NCBI GenBank assembly: GCA_951804945.1
Contig: OX638150.1
Coordinates: 24,862,001 to 24,926,000, forward strand
Direction: 5' to 3'
Length of the DNA stretch: 64,000 nucleotides
Origin: Podarcis cretensis
Lineage: Eukaryota
Position 1 is the stretch's first letter. Each line of letters begins with the position of its first letter. This document shows positions 1 to 12,800 of this stretch, piece by piece. The position numbers were made by a program, and so were the translations under genes. The notes beneath the pieces were generated by a model, which saw only the letters and a program-made list of their open reading frames with translations, was not told the DNA's origin and ran no database searches.

Positions 1-1466
1 TCCCACAAGCCACTCCACCCAGGCCTTCCTTATTTTTCACTGCTGCTCTTCCTATGCCGTCTTCTTCTGGCTGACTCCATGACACCAAGCACCAACAAGT
101 TCAGCTGTCGCCAACTAACCAGCACCTGGCTAAATATGTACTTTTTCTGGCCCCTCTAGTCCAGCTCCAGCCAATGGTGCCAAACTGAAAATTCAGAAAT
201 TATCGCAGCTGTTAGTTAAGGCCCCAAGCGGTAGGTAAACTAACTTCCACAGGAGCAGACAGAAAACTTCCCATGTCAAATGCATCACAATGTAGTACAA
301 ATGTCAGAACACATTACCCAACATCCATTAAAACTTAGTTCAAATAAACATTACTTCTTCACACTTCATAGTAACATCAAACACTTTTGTAGTGTATCGT
401 CATCTCATACAGTATGTGAAATAGGAACTGTGGACACAATTAGCTGCATCAACCCATAGAACTTCATTTAAATAATATGCCATTTAAATTCCAACCATCT
501 CATGCTTCCTTCTTTCACCAGAAGCACTTTCTAGAAGATTATTTGCTTCCGATTCTAAACTTTCCTTTTTATCTCCATAAGCTTCAGAGAACTGAAGGGT
601 TGCATGAATGAAAGAAGCTCCTCTACTATTTAACATTTCCAGGCACAGACAAGATGCTCTGCACATATTCTTTTTGGATCAAAGCTGTATGAAGCTGGCA
701 GGAAAATTAACAGGTTGCACATTCCCCACAAGATTCATGAATTGTAACTACCTAATACAGTACCTTGCTTTACATAGATATTAGAAACCATAAGGAAAGG
801 AAGGGAGTGAAAGACAGCTAAGGCTGAAAAATGCCAAACCATAAAGAGATCTAGATTATTATATTTTTATTTTATCTGAAAAAAATATATTTGCATTTGC
901 AGAACATATATTTGTGAAAATTGTACTAAGTTACGTCCGTCAGTTGATCAAGACTTGTAACGGAGCATAATTTCTGTTTCTGGTGCTGTTGTTCATGGGT
1001 TTATATTGTTAGAGATTGAAGTAAAATGATGTATGTAAACTAAAGTGGCAATACTTTCTCTAAGATTGTTTCCAGACAAGCAGCTCCTAGCACTAATCTT
1101 TCTTTTGTAAACTGCAAGTACTACATTTTTAAAGTAATAAAAAAAGCAAAATGGAAGATTGGATGGAAGATTGGTTAGCACTACCATCATGAAGCCAGCA
1201 CGGTGTCACCCCTACATCTGTGCAAGTCTGCCGGAAGCATGCATGTTAAAACAAATGCAAATCTGCTAGAACCCACAATTTAACCATCAAACTATAGAGT
1301 GCATCAGTGGCTGGAACATCTTTAATTTCATAAGTAGAGATATAAGGTATGGCTTTCATTCAAATTCAGTTTCTCACGGGGGTGTGATAATATGATCTCC
1401 ACTTTATTCTCTTTACAAACTAATGCTAAATTGATTACATGCAAGTTTGACTTTATCATATAAATG

Positions 1467-1472
1467 TTTATT
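1467..1472 (-). terminator. Candidate AATAAA poly(A) signal of copy A
   Basis: tttatt on + strand; positionally conserved with 56290-56295 in the aligned paralog UTR. Confidence 0.5.
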
Positions 1473-2074
1473 CCTCTATTTTGTTATTCCAGTGGCCAAT
1501 GGAACAGATTCATTGCTTGCCATGGTTATCAAAACATTAGAACTGGGGTGTGCTGCTACAAATTGTAAAGACCTTGAAAACGGAACACAAAAAGTTAAGT
1601 CTGTCAAACATGTAGTACATCTTGTGTGTTGATATTAAAAATGGCAAAAGATAATGCAACGCTTTAATGTGCTGTATAAAGTGATTTAGTCATGTTGCCT
1701 TTACAATTTGCACTGGAAAAGTGAGAGAAACCCATTTAAATAAATGGACGTATGCATGCATGCAGTATACAGGGTTCTTTGCAACTTGCAATGGTAATGG
1801 TTTAAACCATCCGAAACAAAATGGAGCATTGGTAGTTTTATACCACATTACACATATATTGAAATGTATTTTGACATTATTGAATGTATTTCATAGTGGC
1901 TTAAAGTGATTGGCTGCAGGCAAAATACTTATTTTGAGCTCATGAAATGCTGACTATACCCATCTGACCAGATCTATTCTGGATAATGTGACTGTTGTTC
2001 AGAACATATAACCCAAAAGGGGGAGCTAGAACAATGCCATAAATGCCTTGTCACTAATTCTGAAGTGCAATTGC

Positions 2075-2986
2075 TTTTTTTTTTAATTAATTTTTATTGG
2101 GTTACATGAGTACACACAGCATCGGTTTTCAGTTCAGAGTCCTTTCTACAGATCAGTCATATTCGACATGAGACGCTAATGTTTTAGTCAATAAAAGGTT
2201 GGGCGAGAAGAGATGGGGGGAGAGAACTAAACATTCATTCTTTTACATAGTGTTTTGTGTCAGCGTCACATGGGTAGATTCTCTTTCTATTCATTCATTC
2301 GTCTTCACTGGCGGTGAGGGAGATTGGGAGGCAAGGCCTGGTTGATTGCCTTCAGTTGACTGCAGTGAGTTTTGTTTGCATGGGTGAGGGGCAGGGGTCG
2401 TTAGGTCAAGTTAGTCATATCGATTCATATGCAGTCGGTGGGTTCTTGCCTTGTTGGGCTGTGTATGTAATAAAGGGGAGGCACAATGGGGTGAAGGCAT
2501 CCTCTTTTGTTTGTCCCCATTCTAGTTTCAATTTGTTGGTTAGGTTTTCCCAGACAGTTCGGTCCCAGTGGCTTATGTTCACTCCTGAAGGTCACCTCCG
2601 GTGTCTAGTTATGATGATCCTGGCTGCTGAGCATAGGTGGGTTATGAGTTCTTTGTAGTGTGAATGTGCCTATTGTCTTGGAAAATATTCAGTAAGGCCA
2701 GTTCTTGGGTGGCTTCTAGTACCTGTTTTGTTATTTTGCCTATTTCTTGTAGGACTAATGTCCAAAAGGGTACAACCGCTCCAGCATTTTGGTGGGGTTC
2801 CTGGGTGTGTCAGCACCACCTTTTGGGTTGTTAGGTACCATCTAGAGATAGGTTTCAATGTGAGTTGCCTTCTTTTGGCTTATATTTAAAGGGAGGTTTA
2901 GACCACAGTTTAGTCCATTGGGCAGGGTTTATTTCACAACCCATATTGTGCTCCCATTGTTTTTGACTGAGATGAGGGGATTTCTG
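2075..2986 (-). mobile_element. 5'-truncated L1-clade LINE (ORF2 C-terminus, 3'UTR, poly-A) in copy A 3'UTR
   Basis: Frameshifted KQWEHNMGCEINPAQWTKLW / KPISRWYLT...KCWSGC / LCSAARIII; AATAAA (2093-2098) and A-tail; TSD gaagtgcaattgc(t)n starting at 2062 and 2987; TT/AAAA endonuclease site. Confidence 0.85.
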
Positions 2987-3720
2987 GAAGTGCAATTGCT
3001 TTTTTAAAAAAGAGTACTGTAGTACAATAAAGAGTTAGCAAGCACTTCGACAATGACCCTAGCAAGCAAAGGTTCATGCTCATTCAATTAGGTCAGCAGC
3101 AGCTAATGCTGCCTTTGCTGCAAACACATCATTGCTGGATATTTGTAAAGCGGCAACATGATCTTCTTCCCTAGGCACTACAGACTGGACGTGTATTCTT
3201 CAGCTGATGCTAGCACAGTGTTGCATCAGGTTCTTTAGTATTTGCACTACAGTTGGGAATCGCTGTGGTAAGTCCCAACTCAGTTAACCCTTCCTTAACC
3301 CACTGAAATAGGACAAATTGGTCTTACCTGAAGCTTAAATTTAGTGGGTTAGGAAGAGTTCGCTGGGGCCCAGCCATGGTCCTTCCCATAAAACTAATGA
3401 GTTTCTTGAAAAATAAATTGCCCCCAAACAATATATTAAGTACATTGCCCTCTTTCCACCATTACTACAGAACAAAACAAAAGGATAAAATCATAGTGGT
3501 TTTCATTATTACTTTTTTTAAAAAAGAAGCAAGTCTTCGAATAGTGGTAAGAGTATTCAAAAATAAAGGCATTTCATAATATTTCATAAGGCAAAGAAGG
3601 TTTGCTCAATTGCTCAGGAACAGGCTCTGTAATATATTTGTTCTCTAGAGCCACAGCAAACAAATATTTAGCAAAAACCCTGACAAGTGAAGCTCTTGAA
3701 TTTCTGCAATGTGAAACAAA

Positions 3721-3828
3721 TCAGAAAATAACTCTCTCCCCCTGGGATCTTTCCCAACTAATTGTTCCATTTAGGGTTCCAAAATTGCTCTCTTCCTCTT
3801 CTTGCTCCTTGACAAGTTCCATAAATAC
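3721..3828 (-). CDS. ABCA5: Copy A terminal exon 39 (coding part, TGA at 3723-3721)
   Basis: [35 protein letters not shown]. Confidence 0.93.
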   Translation of the reverse strand, partial: VFMELVKEQEEEESNFGTLNGTISWERSQGERVIF

Positions 3829-6800
3829 CTAAAATGAATAAGAAACATGAATTAATACATGGATTCTGCCCAGTCCTATAGGCAGAATAGTGCTCTAAGC
3901 TAGTATAGGTTTCTAAATCTCTACCAGTCAACAGTGCTATACTACAAATCATCTGTACATGTAAACATAGAGGTTTTTCTTCTGGGGGATCAATTCCCGA
4001 CGACACCCCCCACTATGTGACAAAACATCATTAGGTATGTAACTCATGTATGAATTATAAAATGACAATTTTATATAAGAAATGTAAATGGAGACACTGC
4101 ATTTCAAACTTATTTTCTAGGGCTGGCATGCTCTGTTCTTGAAAAACGGTTAAATTACCTGTTCCAGTGTTGCTTGAGAAAAGCTGTACTCTTCAATATT
4201 AAAAGCATGTCTTGCTGTTAGAAATGTTAAAAAGAAGTATTTACAATCATAGGCATCAAAAGAATACATACACACAATCAACTAAAATCAGTATGGCCAG
4301 AAGTGGCCATAACAGGGTGCAGGAACCCAGCTGTCCTCAATGGGAAAGCCACTGTGAAGTTGTAGTGCAGTGGATTTAAATGTTTAAGGACACTGCAGCC
4401 TGTCAAACATACCTTGTGGCTCTAAGGGAATGGCAAGTTTATTTCTCAGGAGACAATCCTGTGCCTCTTTAAAATGCTCTGACTTTACTATGCCTCACAA
4501 AAGCAAGGGAAGAAGGTGACACATGCACCAAGGCAAATGGCCTGGGAGATGATAAAAGCTTGTAGGTAATCTAACGTTTGGATAAAGGAATGTATTGCTT
4601 ACATAGTGTTTGGGGACAGTGTGGGAGGTTGGCAGGGTGAATTCAGATTACTATGAGATTTGGATGGATAACTTAGAACCCAGTGATGAAGATTCTACTT
4701 AGTAAATTGTTGCCTCACCTTCCTCCAGTTTAGAAAAAGATACTGCAAGCGAGTGGACATCTTCCTTTGGGATTTTGTAAGCCAAAACAGAGGCAATGCT
4801 GCAACACACAAAAAACAGACACAAGTACATACCACCACAACTAAGCAGAAATGAGAATCACAAAATTGCTTGGAGTAAAGTTGCAGGAGTTAAGCATTTT
4901 GTACAATGTAGCCAAACAGGTACAATAACTCTGAATCAAACTAGAGGTTTTATCTAATAGAGAGGCATTCAAGGTGCTTGCCTAGTTGCCAAAGCATTCA
5001 CTGATGAAACCTTCCATGTACCAAGTTCCATCTATTTTGAGAATGAAAATGTGTTGATTAACCATAGCAATACAGTGGTACCTCTAGTTACAAACTTAAT
5101 TCATTCCGGAGGTCCGTTCTTAACCTGAAACTGTTCTTAATGGGGCCTCTTGCTGCTGGCACACGATTTCCGTTCTCATCCTGGGGCAAAGTTCTCAACT
5201 CGAGGTAACTCTTCCAGATTAGCAGAGTTTGTAACTCAAGGTACCACTGTAATTCAGGGTTCTTTCACTTGAACACTATGAGGAGAGACTTAAATCAGCA
5301 CCAGTCTTAGATGTGCACCTCTCTGCTCCCATCACATCAAGAAAATAATAATGAGTGATTCAGCCAAGCTGAAGCGGGTGGGGGGTAATTAACTCCATGC
5401 TTGGACAGATCCTTGACACAGCAAATGCTGACAGGAATGGCAGCTTCCTGCCTTCTGCATCTATGGGTCGGTAAATGATAGCAAAATAGACAAGGGGAAT
5501 GCTGGTTGCTTTACTATGCCAGTTTCTTTGGTGGACCTTGGACCACATTTCCTCTGGTCTATAAGGTATGTTTCTCTAGTAAGCATTACTCAAAGCCCAA
5601 AGAGTACAAGAGCTCTCATAGAAAAATAATACACTTTGGCAAGTGTTTTCTTTTCTTATAATTGTAATATTTTCTCTCTGCTTTTATTTTTAAAATGATT
5701 GCTTGAAAAAAGAATAGTAAGCACTTTTTCTTTTTAATGCTCAGAAACGTCAACTATTGATTTCTACCTTTTCTGGCAACTTGCGTTTGGAAAGATGCGC
5801 AAAACCATCCTTTGAAGACGCTCCTTCTGCTGTAAATCCAGCACTTCTCTTAATTTCATTTCCAAGAAATATCCTCTGCCAAATTTACTCTTGAGATGTT
5901 GAACTGTACCAATGCACCTATCAGTTTTGGGGGAGAGAGACAGGCAAACAAAATAATAGATTTTGGCATTAAATTCGTTTTTAACAATAAAAATCAGAGC
6001 TTCTTCACTCAAGATGCCAAGGAAGTACCTTAATTTTCCAGACACCAAGATTGCGACTCGATCACACACAGCCTCTGCTTCTTCCATATAATGAGTTGTC
6101 AGAATAGCTGCTCTCTCCTTACTTTTTAAGGCTGCCCGAATTGCTTTCCTATGGTGAATAAGTTACAAATTGTTGCTCTTTCGGTGTGCAGTTACATATA
6201 AAGGGCATAAGATCATTTGTTGGATCTTCCGCAAGTGAGTGGGAAATGTACAGGCAGTGGTATACTGTGAGTAGCCACCAAATGCATTCTCTCCTCACAT
6301 TCCCTCTGACATTTAGGGATCATCCAGACTTCCTGTTACATTGCACTTTCCAGATATAGGTCTGCCTTTTAAAGGCCCATGTCTTAGCGTTTTGCTTTGT
6401 TTTTTGTCCTGGTGCTTTCCCTGGGAAAACCAATGTTTTACTGCTGAATCGGAGCAAATGGCAATTCACGGAAAACCCAGTTGCCCTTTGTTCTGATTCA
6501 GCGGTGAAATGCAGGCTTTCCTGGGGAAAGCGCCAGGACACGCTCAGAGCTTTAAACCCATGCCTTAGAAACATGGCACAAAAGGCAGTCTGGATGAGCA
6601 CTTAGTCGTGACATGCAGCTGGTGCCATGGAAGTTCTGTGAAAGAAAAAGGACAGCCAGTGGGAACAAAGCTACTGTGTGTCAACATCAGGCATAGGCAA
6701 ACTCGGCCCTCCAGATGTTTTGAGACTACAATTCCCATCATCCGTGACCACTGGTCCTGTTAGCTAGGGATAATGGGAGTTGTAGTCCCAAAACATCTGG

Positions 6801-9800
6801 AGGGCCGAGTTTGCCTATGCCTGGTCAACATGAAAGAGGAAACAGCAAAGAGGGTGGAAAGGATCAGCTAATAGCGTTCCCCAATGCCACACCCAATTTT
6901 GACCGTAAACTCTTCAGGGGAGAAGGTTTGTTTTAGCCCTGCTAACATCTGCCATATATATAAATGAATACACCTATAGCATTAATAGGAAGGCAGCCAA
7001 TAATATGGGGTAGGTTATCTAAGCATGTATCTTCAAGATATGTATATTGTAAAGATGCAAAAAGACTGAGCCTACTGTTCAGAAGCAGAAGAGAGATAAT
7101 GAGCAAAGCATGGTTATAAGCCACACATACATGTGATAAAGCCTCCATGATATTTGGGGTTACTCACCACATCTGCTGTATCCCTACAGGGTCCATACCA
7201 GTAGATGGCTCATCTAATAGAGTAACATTAGGGTTACCAAGCATACTAAGAGCAAAGCATAACTGAAAGAGAAGGGAAGGGAAGGGTGACCATTATACAA
7301 TGCACCATTGGCTGCATTTGAACACTAATGCCAAGCCAAAAATCCTGACTTAAATCTGAGATATGCACAAGTGATGTGCATCATCATGCAGCCCATTTCC
7401 TACTACTTTGCTCCTTCCTTCCTACCAGTGGCAGAACAAGCCAAGATTTTTAGCACAGCTTTCCATTGTGAGCAAACCTAGAAACTAGCTTCAAAAGAAG
7501 CCAGGTTATTAAGCAATGTTTTTTGGCTTAATGCCCCCTGGCTTGCTTTGGTGATTAACCATAGTTTCTGGGTTTGCACACAATAATAAGCAATGGTTTG
7601 TTTTGCTGCTCATATGATACAAGAATGTGTGGATTCACAGTGGTCATGCATATCCAGGCTTATTGATCCTGGATTCTTGGTTTAGCAATTCAGCTTAAAA
7701 ACAACAATCAAATACCTTTCGTTTGATTCCTACTCCAAGGTCCTTTGCTCTTTTCTGTAGATGTTCCTTGAGGTCAAGTGCATGGGAAATGCTGGAGAAA
7801 AACAAAAGTATACAGTGTTAAACATTCTAAGAAACCAGTATTAGAGAACTTTAGCGTATGCTCGTTAGTTCTTTTTCAAGTACATTACTTCATATGACAT
7901 TTTGTGTTTTAGCTAGTATTATTTGATCTCCAGTTAACTTTACACTATTTGTGGTTTTAACTGGATTGATCTTCCCTACAGAAATAATCAAGATGTATGC
8001 CACAGGTAGCTTAAGTGTTTTTTTAATGGTGTTTTAAGAGATGTGACCAGAAAAGTCTTGCAACCTGACAATTTCGTCTGTAACTTAGACTGCTGACTAC
8101 AAATTACCTTTCAAACTAGCACAGAAGATTTTGATACATAACAGAAAGCAGAATCTGAACTACAGCTTTCATCAGCCTAAAAATAAAATGATGCAAATTT
8201 ATGTCTTAGATATATCTGTGTATCTACAAGAATCTGTGTGGTGTGGTTTTTAAGTTGAAGCTAACAACCATTTTCGGGGAGACATTATACCAGAGTAAGA
8301 GAGAAGAAACTTCTCTGAATGTAAACGAAGTGTTTAAAATATATATTTACCATTTTATGAATTCTTTCATGTTACTTTCACTCATTCCTTTGATAGCACC
8401 ATAAATTTCAAAATGTTCCTGCAATGTAATATCAGGCCAAAGTGGATTTGTCTGTGGACAGTATCCCATAAATCTCATGGAGCTATCCTTGTTATTTTCG
8501 CCTAAAGAATAATCTCCCATCAGCACCTGTGAATATACCAGTCCTTATTCAATATTTTTACATATAGTTTGCAGTTAACATGCAGAAAAATTGATTGTAT
8601 GGAAAGTAATTTTTTTTAAAAAATGACAAGAAATGCTCAGGTTTGGTTTTACTACATGATCACTCTTTTATATACCAGGAGCCATCTGGGATATAGCCTT
8701 CCTATGGGTAGTCACAACATCCCAGTGCCTATTTCTGAATCTAAGCCATATATCATATGAACGGAAAACCCATTGTACCCCCTCTAAAAGTGTTAGCTTT
8801 AGAAGCAAAGCAAACATGAGTCTGTTCACAACTCTCAACCATGTATTTTAGTAGGTCTTGTGACACCCCCCCCCAGTTCATAGTTCTGAGATTATCTATG
8901 AAACCAAAAAGGAGTTACGCACTGAAAATTCATATGCATGAACATTTCCAATAATGGGTACCCCACTCTTGCATAATCTTCTTTGGGCATCTCGCTGAGG
9001 TTTAGGTACTTACATGCCAGCTGGAAAGAAATATCCAGAAAAGAGTATGGATCCTCAGTATGAAATAACATTTTTTACCCTCTGAAAAAATAGGACTACA
9101 GCCTGAGCTATGAAACCTGTTCTGGATGGAAGAGGGGGACACCAGCTTCACTTGAATACCTGGCCTGAGGTTGGTTCTACTTCTCCCACCAACATATTAA
9201 TCAGTGTGCTCTTCCCAGCTCCATTGGGGCCTAGCAGTCCCATAATTTCTCCTGGAAAAAGAAAAGGCAAACACGTAAAATGTGCAGTTCTGTTTAATGA
9301 GATGGTGCATTTTATTTTCCCGACTTATTTATTTTTACAACTAACCTTTTTTTACACAAAAAAAGACCTGATTGGTTGCCACCTTCTTGATTTTTCTTCC
9401 GAGAAGAAAATCTGTCCTTTCATCATAATCTTTATGTAAATTGCTGACCAAAATGGCAGGTTTCTAGTGAAACAAAAGGTAACAGCTTAATTAATAACAC
9501 ACATGGAAAACTAAACCAAGCTTTCTTGCTACGTGCACAAGTTGAAACAAGCCTGAGTAAAGCCTCAACCTCACATGCTCACCTGTGCAGCCAGGAGAAG
9601 GATTTCATGGGCATTTACTTTCAATTCCCATAAACTTAGCATGTCTTCTGCTAACCAGGGATTGTTAGTTAAACAAGGTGCATAACTCGTGATTTGGAAA
9701 TTGTGCTTTTTGAAACAGACTATCACTATAAGAGAGGTAAGGCACATCACCCCTTATACAGGTCTTACAATACGACCAGGTGCCAGTAGGTGCCAGTGTC

Positions 9801-12800
9801 AACAGGGTTGATACTAAAGAGCAAGATTTACCTCCTCACAGCTCTGGCTCGTTGTCATCTCCTTAACCCTCAACCTCTCAGCCACAACATCTTCATCTTC
9901 ATCCTCGTCAAACGGCACATCTGGCGATTTCCTGGCCTTCAGCTTCGCAGGAGTTCTGAAGTTAAGGAAATATATGTGAAATCTGCTCATTGGGACCTCT
10001 GAACAGATGGAACTAACAGAAATAATGCCATCAGGTAGACCTACATGAAACCCTGTCCAATGTGACCTTGTGACAGAATTGGCTAGAAAAACACCTAAAA
10101 TAGACTAGTGAGATATTTTGCTAGATTGGTTGGGTGAATGAGAAGGTGGCAGCAATCACGCTGCAATCGCTGATAATATCCCATTTATCCCTGATTCAGT
10201 TTCTTATGTGCAACAGTAAGAAGAATGCTCTTTCATGCAAGAATCATCACATATTCAATCAGCTAAAGAAATGGTTGGACGATGGGTGGGTGTTCAGAGA
10301 AGCTGTGTGAAGGTTTTGTTTTCCTTCTCATTCTAAAGCATATTGAAGTGTTTGACTTGGGAGAAAATTCAAATAAACTCTCTGGTGCTGATGGCTACAA
10401 TATATTTGTCTGATCCACTAACTAGGAAAGCATACACACTATTCTGTGATATTTTAGTTTGCCTAATAAAGTAGGATCAGAAAGGATGTCAAAGACACAA
10501 CTCTTAGATCGTGAACAGAAAAAGTTGTGATATTGCAAGGATCCCAGGGCAAACTCTTGGACTCCAATTGCTTCACTAACGTCCCTAAAAGTATTGCCTA
10601 TCTAAGTAATAACTCCAGCCCTCCCTTAAGCCCTAAACATCAGCAAGTGGTCACTTCTCCATGGACCAAGAGACTTTTAATGTGTATACATTGTTGCAGT
10701 TCACTACTGACTAACTCTGCCTTGGTGTAGTAATTTCAGTACTGTAAATAGAGGCATACCAACCTGAAAAATGGGTCATTTCTCATTGATTTGCCGCCAT
10801 ATTTCACCTCAAGATAGCGTAGAAGGAAGAGCCAAATGACACATTGCAAGTAGGGCTAAAAGAGAAGAAAGGAATAAGCACATTAAATAAAATGGATTTT
10901 CTCCTTTGCAAAGGACCCTAGATGCATTTCCCCTCTTTGCACATTGCTCCACTCTCTTCCCACAAAACAATGTAAGATAGAGCCAGTGTGGTGTAGTGGT
11001 TAGAGTGCTGGACTAGGACCTGGGAGTAAGGTAAAGGTAAAAGGACCCCTGACCATTAGGTCCAGTTGTGGCCAACTCTGGGTTGCAGCGCTCATCTCGC
11101 TTTATTGGCCGAGGGAGCCGGCGTACAGCTACCGGATCATGTGGCCAGCATGACCAAGCTGCTTCTGGCGAACCAGAGCAGCGCACAGAAACGCTGTTTA
11201 CCTTCCCGCCACCTATTAATCTATTTGCACTTTGACGTGCTTTGGAACTGCTAGGTTGGCAGGAGCAGGGACAGAGCAATGGGAGCTCACCCCGTCGCGG
11301 GGGTTCGAACCGCCGACCTTCTGATTGGCAAGTCCTAGGCTCTGTGGTTTAACCCACAGCACCACCCACATCCCAGCAGGACCTGGGAGACCAGGTTTCA
11401 AATCCCCACTTGGCGTGAATCTCACTGGGTGACCTTAGGCCAGTCATTTCTTCTCAGCTTAACCTGCCTCACAGGGTTGTTGAGAGGATAAAAGGGGGGC
11501 AGTAAGTGTGTACGCCACCTTGAACTCTTTGAAGAAAAAGTAGAATATAAATACAATGATGAATAAAATATTATTATTTACTTTATGTATCACACTTTAC
11601 ATGAGGCACCACAAAGCAATATATACAATACAATTAGACTGATGGAGCATCTTAAGACCTTCATTACATTTCCCTTTCTGCACCAATCTGCCGGTTATCT
11701 CCACAACTATTTACTGTATTTTTCGCTCTATAAGTCACACTTTTTCCCGCCTAAAATGGGGAAATGTGTGTGCGTCTTATGGAGCGAATGCAGACTGCGC
11801 AGCTATCGCTGAAGCCAGAAGAGCAAGAGGGATTGCTGCGCAGCGATCCCTCTTGCTGTTCTGGCTTCAGGGATAGCCGCGCAAAGCCTCTTCAACAACA
11901 TTTGATTCAGAATCTTTTTTTTATTTCTTGTTTTCCTCCTCTAAAAACTAGGTGCATCTTATGGTTGCGTGCGTCTTATAGAGCGAAAAATATGGTATTT
12001 ATTTAAGCAATTAGTAGGACACCTGAACCCAGCTTATGTTACACATCCTTCAGTATCATTTATATGCCACAGTAGTGGGAGGGTCAGGAACAGTACATCA
12101 AAAATGCAAGATCTTCAGCTAGTGTTAGAAGCAAGACTAGCATACACCAGCATACACTTGCTATGTTTTAGCAAAATAACTCTAAAACAACCCTTTAAGC
12201 TCAGTTTAATGACCATGATTACTGCCATGTCTTCCCCATAGATCAGTGATGGAAAACCTTTGGCCCATGGATCAAACTTGACCGGCCAGATGATCAAATA
12301 TGACCCAAGAGGCAGCTTTTTCCAAACCATGCTCACCTGTCCCACACCTTTTTGTAAACCGCTTCGAGGTTTTTTACATGCAAGTAGTATATACATTTTA
12401 TGAAATAAAATAAAAACAATAACACCTTATCATTACATGTAAAAGTGTATCCAGACAACCCATCTCTTAAATTCTTAAGGGAAAATATGGTGCCTACCGC
12501 TATTGTTGAAACCAATAGCCTTTCTGTATTTCTTTCCATATTTCGACCAAGCTTCTCTGCTACCTAACAATATAGAAAATGTTTATTTCAATATTTCCCC
12601 CCTCATATTTCTACAGGTCATTCTGAGTTCATTTATATAATATTACCATTTAGAAAATGCTTTTACAATGCTTTTCAAAACAATTAATTTATTTGAATTA
12701 TTTCTTCCGCAAACTGATTTTTGCAGGAAGCTCATCAAAAAACATACATTTTTACAACAAACAAACCTGCTTTTCCTTGTTTCAAAGAGAGCATCAAAAT

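Noticed and set aside
484-666. 60-aa minus-strand ORF with a nearby acceptor-like ttttcctgccag, considered as an exon of a downstream ABCA gene
   Set aside because: An in-frame TGA lies between the acceptor and the ATG, and there is no ABCA similarity
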